Shown: piece by piece, positions 8,547 through 18,180 of the stretch
How the letters are laid out: every line of letters starts with the position of its first letter
Numbering within the stretch: the first letter of the stretch is position 1
Origin: an uncultured Bacilli bacterium
Lineage (GTDB): Bacteria; Bacillota_I; Bacilli_A; RF39; UBA660
Length of the DNA: 39,023 nt
NCBI GenBank assembly: GCA_944358255.1
Contig: CALVQQ010000004.1
Location: 1-39,023 of the forward strand
Direction: 5' to 3'
Made by a program: the position numbers and the translations under genes
The notes under the pieces: model-generated
The model's input: only the letters and a program-made list of their open reading frames with translations
What the model was told of the DNA's origin: nothing
The model's database searches: none

Positions 8547-10319
8547 ATGATAATTATGTTCGATAAAATTGAGATGATAAGCAAGAATTTCGCAATTGTA
8601 AGCTTAAATCATTCACAAGAACTAATGAAGGACTTATTAAATGTCCACGTAGTATTTGAAGATAAAGATAAAAAAATATTAGGCGAAGTTGAGGAAATTA
8701 ATAAAGACAATTTAAAAATTAATTTTTTAGGAGAACTTACCAGCGATAATTTTATTGGCGGAATCATAAAAAAACCAAGTCTTGATGCCAAAATAAGAGT
8801 CATTTCCGAAAAGGAATTAAAAATCATTGTAGGTAAAGACAAAGAAAGTTTAACATTAGGTGTCAGTCCATTATATAAAAACTATCCGTTAAAAGTTGAT
8901 TTAAATGATATGTTTTCAAATCATACAGCAATTTTTGGTAACAGCGGTAGTGGTAAAACATATGGAATTTGCCGTATTTTTCAAAACTTGTTTAGTAACC
9001 CAACCGACTTACCATATAAAGCAAACATTTTTATATTTGACTCATATGGAGAATATATCAACGCATTTAAAAACATAAATGAAATCAATCCAAACTTACA
9101 TTACAAATTAATATCCACTAGTACTAAACAAAAGGACAAAGTTCTTTTAGAATTACCGGTTCATTTATTAGAAATAGAAGATGTTTTAAATTTATTAGAT
9201 GCGACAAAATATTCACAAATTGCAATAGTAGAAAATGCTATTGAATTAGCAAAAATATTTGCATCAAATGATCCCGAGGTAAATGCATATAAAAATCATC
9301 TTTTAGCTAAAGCTATAACATCTATTATGTATACTAATCAAACTTCTGCTAAAATTAGAGACCAAATTTTTGATATTGTCTCAAACACATATACAAAAGA
9401 AATCAGTTTACAATCAATTGTTCCGGGCATTGGATTTACACGTGTTTTTCGAAATTGTTTTGATATAGACTCAGAAGGTAGATTTGCTGAAAGAACAATC
9501 ATATCTGAATACATTGAAAGTTTTATACAAGAAGACAAAGTGTGGAATATTAACACAAAAAATGTAAAATATGGCCTTAAAGACCTACAAGTAGCTTTAA
9601 ATTTTACACTTTTCAGCGAAAGATATTTACTAAATGAAGACATGTATGATGAAGCAATTTCATTAAAAGTTAAACTTGCCAATTTAATCAATAGTCCATA
9701 CTCTAATTATTTTACTAAAGATAAATATAATAATATTACTGAATTTATAAATGATTTAATACTTGTTGATGGCAAAAAAGCCCAAATAATAAATATTAAC
9801 TTGGAAGATGTAGATGACAGATTTGCAAGAACCATAACAAAAATATATAGTAGAATGTTTTTAAAATTCACAAAATCTTTAGAACCAAGGGCAAGTTTTC
9901 CTATACATATAATCTTAGAAGAAGCACACAGATATGTTGTTCAAAATGATGATGTAGATCTAATTGGATACAATATATTTGAGAGAATAAGTAAAGAAGG
10001 AAGAAAATATGGTTTAATATTAGATTTAATAACACAAAGACCTACAGATTTAAATAGTAATGTTATAAGCCAAGCTGCAAATTTTTTAATATTTAAAATA
10101 ACGCACCCACAAGATTTAGAATACATTACAAAGATGATTCCAAACATCAGTTCAGACATAATTGAAAAACAAAAATCGTTACAATCTGGTACTTGTGTAG
10201 CATTTGGAAGAATATTCAAAATTCCAATGATTGTAAAAATGGAAAAAGCGAGTCCACCTCCTGAAAGTGCCAACTGTGAAATATTTGATAATTGGATGAT
10301 CAATAAAAATGCTAACTAA
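8547..10319 (+). CDS. HerA/FtsK-superfamily ATPase (DUF87 type)
   Basis: N-terminal HAS-barrel-like region, HTAIFGNSGSGKT, FDSYGEY, IILEEAHRYV, ERISKEGRKYG (Arg finger), ITQRP. Confidence 0.9.
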   Translation: MIIMFDKIEMISKNFAIVSLNHSQELMKDLLNVHVVFEDKDKKILGEVEEINKDNLKINFLGELTSDNFIGGIIKKPSLDAKIRVISEKELKIIVGKDKESLTLGVSPLYKNYPLKVDLNDMFSNHTAIFGNSGSGKTYGICRIFQNLFSNPTDLPYKANIFIFDSYGEYINAFKNINEINPNLHYKLISTSTKQKDKVLLELPVHLLEIEDVLNLLDATKYSQIAIVENAIELAKIFASNDPEVNAYKNHLLAKAITSIMYTNQTSAKIRDQIFDIVSNTYTKEISLQSIVPGIGFTRVFRNCFDIDSEGRFAERTIISEYIESFIQEDKVWNINTKNVKYGLKDLQVALNFTLFSERYLLNEDMYDEAISLKVKLANLINSPYSNYFTKDKYNNITEFINDLILVDGKKAQIININLEDVDDRFARTITKIYSRMFLKFTKSLEPRASFPIHIILEEAHRYVVQNDDVDLIGYNIFERISKEGRKYGLILDLITQRPTDLNSNVISQAANFLIFKITHPQDLEYITKMIPNISSDIIEKQKSLQSGTCVAFGRIFKIPMIVKMEKASPPPESANCEIFDNWMINKNAN

Positions 10320-10337
10320 AGTTAGCATTTTTATTGA
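10300..10337. terminator. Bidirectional terminator between convergent HerA-like and sortase genes
   Basis: Perfect 17-bp inverted repeat TCAATAAAAATGCTAAC-TAAA-GTTAGCATTTTTATTGA overlapping both stop codons. Confidence 0.85.
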
Positions 10338-11902
10338 ACCAATTTTGCATGAACAACCAATCTTCCATTGTCATTTCCTGAACAAGTAGACAACGTAAGT
10401 ATATAATCATTTTCATCAATTTTGACACCAAAATTATATACACTTCGATCAGTAATCAAATCTACAAATGACAAAAACTCATCGTCATCAAAAAAATTAA
10501 CTTTTAAATAATCAGTGGTATATGGAGTCCTATAAATGCTAAATATCTCCCATTTCATTTCTTTCCCGAGAGTGTTAAATGTAATAAGTAGATTATTTTT
10601 ATTTTTATACCAAGAACTTTTAATCATAGTTCTTAAATCTCCAAACATATACCCACTCAACAATGCATGCCCATATATAATTGTGTTTTTACTCAAATTA
10701 ACCGCATCATTTCTATAATCCATAAAAATCCATCCATTTGCAGTTCTTCTTTCATAAAAATCCCTATTCAAATAATAATCGTTATCACCTGATTGAGTAA
10801 CAGGATAATTTACTTTAGTATTATTAATTGAAAGCCACCCTACAGTATCACTATTCAAACTAACTAACGTTTCCAAACTAGTAGGTATATTAGAATATGG
10901 ATTACTATCTTCTTCTTCATCGTCAGATAAAATTGGCTCATCCATTTCATCATCTATATAAATTTCAGAAGTAGTCTCATTTGTTGATAAACTATTCTGT
11001 ATTGCATTAGAATTAAACCACGTAACATAATCATTATAGTAATTCGAAATCAACAATACAAAAGCCAAATAAATTATAATACCAGAGCAAACTTTAATAT
11101 TGCTATATGTCAATTGCCTAAACAAATTATTTGTTATAAAATCATCTGAATAAACAATTCTAATCTCACCATTAACTTTTTTATATTTTTTATTTAATTT
11201 TTTTAATTTTTTTAAATCTAAAGAAAGAGACTCCAAATTATCATTATTTTGATGAATTAATATTAAGAAGCCATCATTTTCAACAATAGAAATAATTGAA
11301 TCAACCAAATTAAACGAATAATCATAAATATGAATTATTTTTAAGTGCCTATTTAAAGTTAAAAATAATTGAAAATCATTTAGAAAATCACTTTCCATTA
11401 TTATATTACGCTTATAATATATCTCCTTCATATTTAAAAGATTATTTTTCTTAACAAACCCAGACGAAAAATTACTATCAAAAGTAAAATACACACTTAT
11501 ATTTTTTAACGCAAATGAGTGCACATAATTTTCTGGCATAAAATAGCATTTTACTGAATTTAAATTTTTAAACTTAATTAATTTTTTATAAGAGTCATAA
11601 GTTAAAGCTAAATTGCCTTTGATTTCAATATCAATGGGTACTTCAAAATCTCTAAAAAGTTCAATTAATGTTACAAATAAAACTTCATTACTAAAAACTA
11701 TTTTTATACTATAAAATAATTTTAACCTATCACGCAAGACCAAACTTACCTTTTTTAAATTTTTATTTATATATGGTAATGAATAAACCAGTTCATTTCT
11801 ATATATATTATTTGAATTAATAAAATTATTTAAATTTTTACTTAAATTATCATATGAAAATATGAGCTGATCTTTATAAATATTTATTTTGACAGTTTCC
11901 AT
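10331..11902 (-). CDS. srtB: Class B sortase with ~265-aa N-terminal extension
   Basis: C-terminal NSDTVGWLSI, YPVTQSGDNDYYL, GWIFMDYRN, NTIIYGH, LTLSTC, RLVVHAKL; single TM at about aa 270-287. Confidence 0.85.
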   Translation of the reverse strand: METVKINIYKDQLIFSYDNLSKNLNNFINSNNIYRNELVYSLPYINKNLKKVSLVLRDRLKLFYSIKIVFSNEVLFVTLIELFRDFEVPIDIEIKGNLALTYDSYKKLIKFKNLNSVKCYFMPENYVHSFALKNISVYFTFDSNFSSGFVKKNNLLNMKEIYYKRNIIMESDFLNDFQLFLTLNRHLKIIHIYDYSFNLVDSIISIVENDGFLILIHQNNDNLESLSLDLKKLKKLNKKYKKVNGEIRIVYSDDFITNNLFRQLTYSNIKVCSGIIIYLAFVLLISNYYNDYVTWFNSNAIQNSLSTNETTSEIYIDDEMDEPILSDDEEEDSNPYSNIPTSLETLVSLNSDTVGWLSINNTKVNYPVTQSGDNDYYLNRDFYERRTANGWIFMDYRNDAVNLSKNTIIYGHALLSGYMFGDLRTMIKSSWYKNKNNLLITFNTLGKEMKWEIFSIYRTPYTTDYLKVNFFDDDEFLSFVDLITDRSVYNFGVKIDENDYILTLSTCSGNDNGRLVVHAKLVQ

Positions 11903-12034
11903 ACAATCACCTTACTATAACAATGATAGCATAAATATTTATAAAGTTGAACAAATTATTAATGTAAAATAATAAAAAAATTGTTTAAAATTTGCAAAAT
12001 ATGTTATAATGTAATTAATATAAAGGAGGATAAG

Positions 12035-13159
12035 ATGAAAAAAGCAAAAAGATTAGGATCACTTATTTGCATTTTAATGATTGCATTAATAAATTTACCA
12101 ATAATTAATGCGGCAAATAATCGAATAGAAATTGTTCAAAATGCAAGACAATATCTATTTAAAAATTCTGGAGGAGAAGTTGTTGGAACACTAAGACAAG
12201 AAATTGTTGAACAAGATTTAGTAAATGGCAATATCACTATAGAATTAACTCTTAATAATGCAAAAAACACTGAAATTATATACATATTCAATAATGGTAA
12301 TGGTCAAACAAACATAGATAATTTCAAACAATTAACAGAAAATATATTTACTGGATTAGGAACAGAAAATACTAAAATTGGTTCAATACTAGTTTCTAGT
12401 GAATTAATTACTAAACCTTTTGCGCAAACAATTTCAGAAGTAGCCACTAATTTAGATGAAATAGCAAAAGTATCAACTTCAAGTGGTGCAACAGTTAACC
12501 AAGCCGTTGAAGCAGCACTATCAACATTTAGTTCTACTAGTGACAATAAAATCATTATTATTGCAGATGAAACAAATTCAGCCAGTGATTTATTATCACA
12601 AATAAGTGCAGATACTAGCGATACAACTTTGATTTTATACACAACCACAACTAGCACTACTGAAAACGCAATAAATGTATCAAATATTACTGATGCATTA
12701 TCAGCAATAAATAATACACTAATTCCAGCAAAAAATGGTACAAGTATAACAATGCCTTTAGCAACATACATCGTAGAAAATTTTGATGTAGCTTTAGTTG
12801 GTAATCCTGAAAATGCAACATTAGACGAAACAACAAAAGCAATACAATGGAATGTTGGAGATGTAGCATCTAATCAAGTAGAAAAAATTAGATACACTTT
12901 AAGTTTAAAATCTGTTGTTGATGAAAGCATTATGGGTTTAGACTTAATAATAAACGAAGCACCTACAATAATATTTAATGGAAATACTGTTCAAAATACA
13001 GATGCAAATCAATGTAGTCCTATAATAAAAATATTAAATGAAGCTATAGATAATCCTAAAACAGGAGTTGCAAGTTATATTATATTTGGCTCTATTCTAT
13101 TATCTGTAGGAACAATAACATATGTAGTTGCAAAAAATAAAAAAATTAAAACAATATAA
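12035..13159 (+). CDS. Sortase-anchored surface protein with degenerate vWA-like and Ig-like domains
   Basis: AAGGAGG RBS before ATG 12035, signal peptide, C-terminal NPKTG + TM + basic tail KNKKIK. Confidence 0.8.
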   Translation: MKKAKRLGSLICILMIALINLPIINAANNRIEIVQNARQYLFKNSGGEVVGTLRQEIVEQDLVNGNITIELTLNNAKNTEIIYIFNNGNGQTNIDNFKQLTENIFTGLGTENTKIGSILVSSELITKPFAQTISEVATNLDEIAKVSTSSGATVNQAVEAALSTFSSTSDNKIIIIADETNSASDLLSQISADTSDTTLILYTTTTSTTENAINVSNITDALSAINNTLIPAKNGTSITMPLATYIVENFDVALVGNPENATLDETTKAIQWNVGDVASNQVEKIRYTLSLKSVVDESIMGLDLIINEAPTIIFNGNTVQNTDANQCSPIIKILNEAIDNPKTGVASYIIFGSILLSVGTITYVVAKNKKIKTI

Positions 13160-13166
13160 TTAAAAA

Positions 13167-13202
13167 TTAAAAACTCAGTTAATTATTTAACTGAGTTTTT
13201 AA
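13167..13202 (+). terminator. Intrinsic terminator
   Basis: TTAAAAACTCAGTTAA-TTAT-TTAACTGAGTTTTTAA inverted repeat. Confidence 0.8.
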
Positions 13203-13225
13203 CTGGGAAACTATTATTAATATTA

Positions 13226-13255
13226 TAAAAAAGTATTAAATTTAATACTTTTTTA
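13226..13255 (-). terminator. Intrinsic terminator of the 13253-13750 gene
   Basis: Palindrome TAAAAAAGTATTAAATTTAATACTTTTTTA. Confidence 0.65.
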
Positions 13256-13750
13256 ATCTATCTCTAAATAACTATCTAATATGACATTTAAATCATTTAT
13301 TGTTAATAAGTCCCCGCTAGAATCTATAATTTTCTTTACTTCACCATTTTTAATATAAATTAACAATGGAACTTTTTTTACATCATTACCAAAATTCTGT
13401 TGCAAAACTTCTACATATTCTTTTTCAGAAATACCACTTACATTCATATAATAAAAATAATCATTTATACCTTCCAAAGTTATTCTATTCAATATTTCCC
13501 TATCTAAATCATAATTATCATTATTTGCGACATACAATATAGCGACATTTGTTTCTGCCATAGTAGCTGCCAAATCTCCTAATGTAATTTGTTGTACTGC
13601 ATTATACAATGGACTTACATCATTATTAATTTTATATGTATGTATCCAAGCATTTATATATATAGTTGCAAGTATAGTCACAATACATATTGCAAATAAA
13701 ATAAAATAATTTTTAATTGGTATTACTCTTTGATCTTCTTTTTTTATCAT
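13253..13750 (-). CDS. Membrane-anchored thioredoxin-like-fold protein lacking CxxC
   Basis: N-terminal TM; FYYMNV and VPLLIYIKNGEV match the thioredoxin-fold C-terminal pattern. Confidence 0.55.
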   Translation of the reverse strand: MIKKEDQRVIPIKNYFILFAICIVTILATIYINAWIHTYKINNDVSPLYNAVQQITLGDLAATMAETNVAILYVANNDNYDLDREILNRITLEGINDYFYYMNVSGISEKEYVEVLQQNFGNDVKKVPLLIYIKNGEVKKIIDSSGDLLTINDLNVILDSYLEID

Positions 13751-13776
13751 TCAATACCTCCTACAATAAAATATTA

Positions 13777-14667
13777 TCATAATTTGCCTTTTTTTTCTAG
13801 TTTTTGTTTATAAATATTTATATTTCGTTCAAATATATTTCGTCCTCTCCAAGCAAAAGCGCGATTTCCATATAAATTATTAAATTCCTTATTACTCAAA
13901 TGAAAATAATTTTTAACATCAATAGTTACCAATTGTTCTCTACTATAATTTACTATATGCTTATTATGAGGACAAACATTAGAACATATATCACAGCCAA
14001 AAATACATTGGTCTATTAACATTTCGTCAGCTTTAGAAATATTTTTGCTCTGAGTTATATAACTAACACACTGATTTCCATTAAAATCACCATTAGCTTT
14101 AATAGCATTATTAGGGCAATTTTCAATACATTGTTTGCACATCATACATGTTTTTTGCAAAGGTTTATCATACTCAAATATAGCATCAGTTAAAATAATT
14201 CCAATAAAGAAAAAACTTCCATATTTATCATTTATTAGCAAATGATTTAAACCATAAAAACCTAGCCCAGCCTTAAATGCCAAATATCTCTCATCTAATT
14301 CATTATCATCAACACACACTCTAGTCAAATATCCAAAAGTTTTTAAAAAATTGCAAACATTTAAAAGTTTACTTTTCAACACTATATGATAATCAATAGA
14401 ATGGTAACAAGCTGCAACATAAGCAAAATTTTTATCAATTATTCTACTGTTTTTATAATAAGGCATTAAAACGACAATAGCAGACTTAAATATATTTTCA
14501 TTTTTAAAAGTCTTATCATCAATATTTCCAATTTGAAAAGAAGTATCATATTTTTTATTTTTTTGTAATTTCAATTTACTTTCAAGATCTTTAAAGTATT
14601 CAATCTTAGCAAAACCAATTTCATACAATTCTTCATTACTCAATATTTCAATTATTTTTTCTTTCAT
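13777..14667 (-). CDS. queG: Epoxyqueuosine reductase QueG
   Basis: DYH, ERYLAFKAGLGFYG, YGSFFFIG, CMMCKQCIENCP, CVSYITQ, FGCDICSNVCPHN. Confidence 0.9.
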   Translation of the reverse strand: MKEKIIEILSNEELYEIGFAKIEYFKDLESKLKLQKNKKYDTSFQIGNIDDKTFKNENIFKSAIVVLMPYYKNSRIIDKNFAYVAACYHSIDYHIVLKSKLLNVCNFLKTFGYLTRVCVDDNELDERYLAFKAGLGFYGLNHLLINDKYGSFFFIGIILTDAIFEYDKPLQKTCMMCKQCIENCPNNAIKANGDFNGNQCVSYITQSKNISKADEMLIDQCIFGCDICSNVCPHNKHIVNYSREQLVTIDVKNYFHLSNKEFNNLYGNRAFAWRGRNIFERNINIYKQKLEKKGKL

Positions 14668-14816
14668 ATACTATATACTAACACATTAAAAAAAAATTTA
14701 CTATAAAACCTTTTAATAAAATATAAATTAAAAAAACCAATAATTTATTAAAGTGAACTAAGAGTATGTTTAATCTTTAATTAAAAATTGATATACTTTT
14801 TTTGGATGGGGATAAA

Positions 14817-15128
14817 ATGAATCAAGAAAAAGTCGGAAAATTTATTGCTGAATTAAGAAAACAAAACAAATTAACTCAAGAACAGTTAGCAGAAAAGTTA
14901 GGTATAACAAAAAATGCTGTAAGTAAATGGGAAAGAGGTCTTGGCCTTATGGATTTATCTTTATTGAAGTCACTAAGTCAAATTTTAGGAGTTTCAGATA
15001 TAGATGATAACGACAGTTATGTCGACAAAGGAATATTAATTAATACATATTACTGCGTTAAGGATGATGATATAGTAACAGTAATTCCAACATTTAAGAA
15101 TGTAAAATATAATTGCCCAATTGAATAA
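14817..15128 (+). CDS. XRE-family HTH regulator, possibly internally deleted
   Basis: MNQEKVGKFIAELRK..LTQEQLAEKLGITKNAVSKWERG; the sequence departs from the usual pattern after LGVS. Confidence 0.75.
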   Translation: MNQEKVGKFIAELRKQNKLTQEQLAEKLGITKNAVSKWERGLGLMDLSLLKSLSQILGVSDIDDNDSYVDKGILINTYYCVKDDDIVTVIPTFKNVKYNCPIE

Positions 15129-15167
15129 TAAATATAAAAGTTAAAAATAAAGACAGAAACAAAATAT

Positions 15168-15192
15168 AAAAAGCCGATTTTTAAATCGACTA
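15168..15192. terminator. Hairpin, probable original terminator of tRNA-Gly before element insertion
   Basis: AAAAAGCCGATTT-TT-AAATCGACT (T-run on the minus strand) about 10 nt outside the left TGGAGC core. Confidence 0.55.
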
Positions 15193-15201
15193 ATTTTCTT
15201 T

Positions 15202-15260
15202 TGGAGCGATAGCACAGGCTATTTGAAACTCCTAATAGTAAAGTTGATAAACAACTAATC
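15202..15260. repeat. Left attachment site: TGGAGC core plus subterminal repeat
   Basis: TGGAGCGATAGCACAGGCTATTTGAAACT, and TTGATAAACAACTAATC whose reverse complement matches GATTAGTTATTTATCAA at 24105-24121 with one mismatch. Confidence 0.7.
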
Positions 15261-15304
15261 GCTAAGATAATAATACCATATATTTTTAATTTTTTAAATA
15301 CTAT

Positions 15305-16279
15305 TTAATGTAATTTATCAAGTAGTGATAATTTTTTAATTCTAATATTATTATCTTTACCTGTTCCTAATTCAATATCAGGTTTAACGGTTTTTCCATG
15401 AAAATCACTACCACCACTTATTAATAAATTATATTTATTGGCTATTTCTAAGTAATAATCCATTTCTTCTTTAGAATGACTTGAATGATAAACTTCAATT
15501 CCTTTTAATCCACAGCTAATCATTTCTTTTAATAAAATTAGGAATTCTTTTTCTGATAATTCTAATGACTTTGGATGAGCAAGAACTGGAATGCCACCAC
15601 TATTTGTTATTAGTTCTAAACATTCCTGATATTGCAATCCCTTACTTGTTTGTCTTGTTTTATTATGTGCATCTATCAAATACTTATCAAAAGCATCTTG
15701 AGATGTAGTTGCATATCCATATTTAACACAAAGTTTTGCTAAATCTGGACGACCTAAATTATGATTAGCATTAACAAGTTCTTTTATATCTTCATAACTA
15801 AATCTAATTCCATAATCTCTTTTGATTTGTTCCATTATTGACAAAACTGAATTAATACTATTGTCTTTCAAATTTATCATCTTTTTATTTAATGAACTAT
15901 TATTCAAATCTATACCATAACCTAAAATATGCATTCTTCCTTTATCAGCTTTTGCAGATAATTCAATACCATTAATAATTTTTATTCCACTATCAACAAT
16001 TATATCCTCATTTCTATTTACTTTTTTGATTCCTTCAATAGTATCATGATCAGTTATAGCAAGTGTTCCGATTCTTTTATCTATTGCTAATCTTATTAAT
16101 TCTTGGGGCGATAAATCACCGTCTGAATAATTGGTATGGGTATGCATATCAATTATTTTTTTACTTTTTCTATATGTATTAATTACTTTATCAAAATACA
16201 TTCTATTTAGTGTTTCTATCGCTAATTTACCTTCATATTCTTCCATTTCAGCATAAATTTCAGCAGCTGTTTTTCCCAT
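15305..16279 (-). CDS. PHP-domain phosphoesterase (TrpH/YciV-like, 3',5'-nucleoside bisphosphate phosphatase family)
   Basis: DMHTHTNYSDG, AITDHDT, GIELS, HILGY, GRPDLA, VLAHP, SGGSDFHG. Confidence 0.9.
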   Translation of the reverse strand: MGKTAAEIYAEMEEYEGKLAIETLNRMYFDKVINTYRKSKKIIDMHTHTNYSDGDLSPQELIRLAIDKRIGTLAITDHDTIEGIKKVNRNEDIIVDSGIKIINGIELSAKADKGRMHILGYGIDLNNSSLNKKMINLKDNSINSVLSIMEQIKRDYGIRFSYEDIKELVNANHNLGRPDLAKLCVKYGYATTSQDAFDKYLIDAHNKTRQTSKGLQYQECLELITNSGGIPVLAHPKSLELSEKEFLILLKEMISCGLKGIEVYHSSHSKEEMDYYLEIANKYNLLISGGSDFHGKTVKPDIELGTGKDNNIRIKKLSLLDKLH

Positions 16280-16285
16280 GATTTA

Positions 16286-17047
16286 TCATCTCCTTAATAT
16301 TAATTTTTTACCTTCTTCAGCAACTTCTACATTCTCAAAGTTTTGTTTTGCTTCTTCTAGATATAATTTTTTATCTTCTTCAGGCCAAAAATGAGTTAAT
16401 AATAATTTTTGTACATTAGATTTTGTTGCTAAAATACCAGCTTCATATGCAGTCATATGAATTTTACTATTAACATTATGTTTTCGTAAGAATGAACTTT
16501 CACATATTATTAAATTGGCGTCTTTGCAAAATTCTTCTAACTCACTTAAATTAGTTGTGCCTATGTCAGAAGTATATATTATTTTAAAATCTTTATTTTG
16601 TAATTTAACCATATATGATTCAATGGTATGTGAGTTATTATCTTCAAAAGTTATATCTAAATCATCAATAAGAAATGAGCAGGAATTATCTATATCGTAA
16701 TAATCTGAATAACTTTCACCATTTGAAGTAATTGATGCTTTATTAAATCCAATATCATTTTTAGGTAAGTATATTTTTATCTTTTTATCAAGTAGTCCTA
16801 AATTATGATAAACATAGGAAGCATATTGTAAAGCACCTATATCCCCAAAATGGTCTTTATGGTAGTGGGTAATAATTACATTTAAATCTTTTAAATCGTT
16901 AGGAAAATTTAATAATCTTGTAATACCATTACCACAATCTAGTAATATTTTTTTGTTATTATATTCAATTAGAAATCCAGGACAATTCATATTTCCTTTT
17001 GTATAAGGTGATATTGTTCCAAGTGGTGTAATTATTATTTTACTCAT
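16286..17047 (-). CDS. MBL-fold metallo-hydrolase (RNase Z/PhnP-like phosphodiesterase group)
   Basis: LLDCGNG, THYHKDHFGD, YTSD, ICES, HMT, LLLTHFWP. Confidence 0.9.
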   Translation of the reverse strand: MSKIIITPLGTISPYTKGNMNCPGFLIEYNNKKILLDCGNGITRLLNFPNDLKDLNVIITHYHKDHFGDIGALQYASYVYHNLGLLDKKIKIYLPKNDIGFNKASITSNGESYSDYYDIDNSCSFLIDDLDITFEDNNSHTIESYMVKLQNKDFKIIYTSDIGTTNLSELEEFCKDANLIICESSFLRKHNVNSKIHMTAYEAGILATKSNVQKLLLTHFWPEEDKKLYLEEAKQNFENVEVAEEGKKLILRR

Positions 17048-17538
17048 CTTATCAAACTCCTTTTCTTTACTAACATTCTTTCTTGAACTATTGGATCTAC
17101 ATATCTTGAAATATCCTTATCAAGATTAAGAACTTCTTTAACCATACTTGATGATACAAATTGATATTCTTTGTCTGCAAATAAACAAATTGTATTTACT
17201 TTATTACCTGATATTTCTTTATTCATTTGTTGTAATTGAACTTCATAATCATAATCGCTTAAACTTCTAAGTCCTCGAATAATTGCCTTGCACTCATTAA
17301 GTAGAGCAACATCAACTGCAGCACCACTAGCAGAAATAACTTTAACATTATTCATTCTTTGATATAATTCTTTAATTATTTCCATTCTTTCTTCTAATGT
17401 AAATAATCCTGACTTTTTTAAAGAATTCTGCATAACTGCAATTATTACTTCATCAAATAAATCACTAGCTTGTTCAACAATATTCATGTGTCCTTTAGTA
17501 ATTGGATCAAAACTTCCTGGATATAAAACTTTTGTCAT
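17044..17538 (-). CDS. coaD: Pantetheine-phosphate adenylyltransferase
   Basis: YPGSFDPITKGH, LFTLEER, IIRGLRSLSDYDYE, FVSSSMVKE. Confidence 0.95.
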   Translation of the reverse strand: MTKVLYPGSFDPITKGHMNIVEQASDLFDEVIIAVMQNSLKKSGLFTLEERMEIIKELYQRMNNVKVISASGAAVDVALLNECKAIIRGLRSLSDYDYEVQLQQMNKEISGNKVNTICLFADKEYQFVSSSMVKEVLNLDKDISRYVDPIVQERMLVKKRSLIR

Positions 17539-18091
17539 AATGATTTCACCAACCTTTTAACTATTTCTTTATCATTTGTTTTAAAAACATAATCAAAAGC
17601 ACTTTCATTAAATTCAATACTTGCTTTTTCTCTTAAATCAAATGCTTCCTCTGATATGTTATCTCTTTTCATTGCTCTTTGTTTTCTAATTTCATATGGG
17701 ATATCTAAAAGTATTTTTATATCGCACATATCAAAATATTGTGAAATTGATAATAATAACCAATCTAGAATAATGATTTTATCTTATTTTGAATTAAAAA
17801 ATTATCAATTTCTATTTGCATATATTTCCATGTAATATCAGATAATTTATTCATTTCATTTCTTGAATCAAAAACTATTTCACCAAGTTTTTTTCCATCA
17901 ACATTATTTTCTTTAACAACAAATTCTCCGAATGAACTTATTAATTCTTTTTGAACTTCAGGTAATAATAAAACTCTATGTCCGACTTTATCAATATCTA
18001 AATGTATTGCTTTATTATTTGTTAATTCAATTATTTGATTTGCTAATGTACTTTTACCACAACCTGATTTACCACAAATACCTATAATCAT
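17535..18091 (-). pseudogene. coaE: Dephospho-CoA kinase split by a single-base frameshift near 17784
   Basis: 5' part MIIGICGKSGCGKST...DIDKVGH...KKLGEIVF (ATG 18091, GGGAGG RBS). It continues in another frame as DKIIILDWLLL...FDMCDIKILLD...RKQRAMKRD. One extra base at AATAA^GAT restores a ~185-aa CoaE. Confidence 0.85.
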
Positions 18092-18164
18092 ACTTTTCCT
18101 CCCATCTACTTGTATTATATTGCATTTCTTGATATAATTAAAATACATATTTATTATGTTTGTC

Positions 18165-18179
18165 ATAACAGGAGGTTAT
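18165..18179. promoter_or_regulatory. LysR-type binding box (T-N11-A) overlapping the lysR RBS
   Basis: ATAAC-AGGAG-GTTAT dyad; the divergent coaE -10 TATAAT lies at 18119-18114 with a poor -35. Confidence 0.65.
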
Positions 18180-18180
18180 T

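Noticed and set aside
17794..17801. T TTT TTA slippery heptamer just before the coaE break, suggesting a programmed -1 frameshift
   Set aside because: The -1 frame from that site reads AAT TCA AAA TAA and stops before the conserved downstream CoaE sequence; a simple 1-nt deletion fits better.
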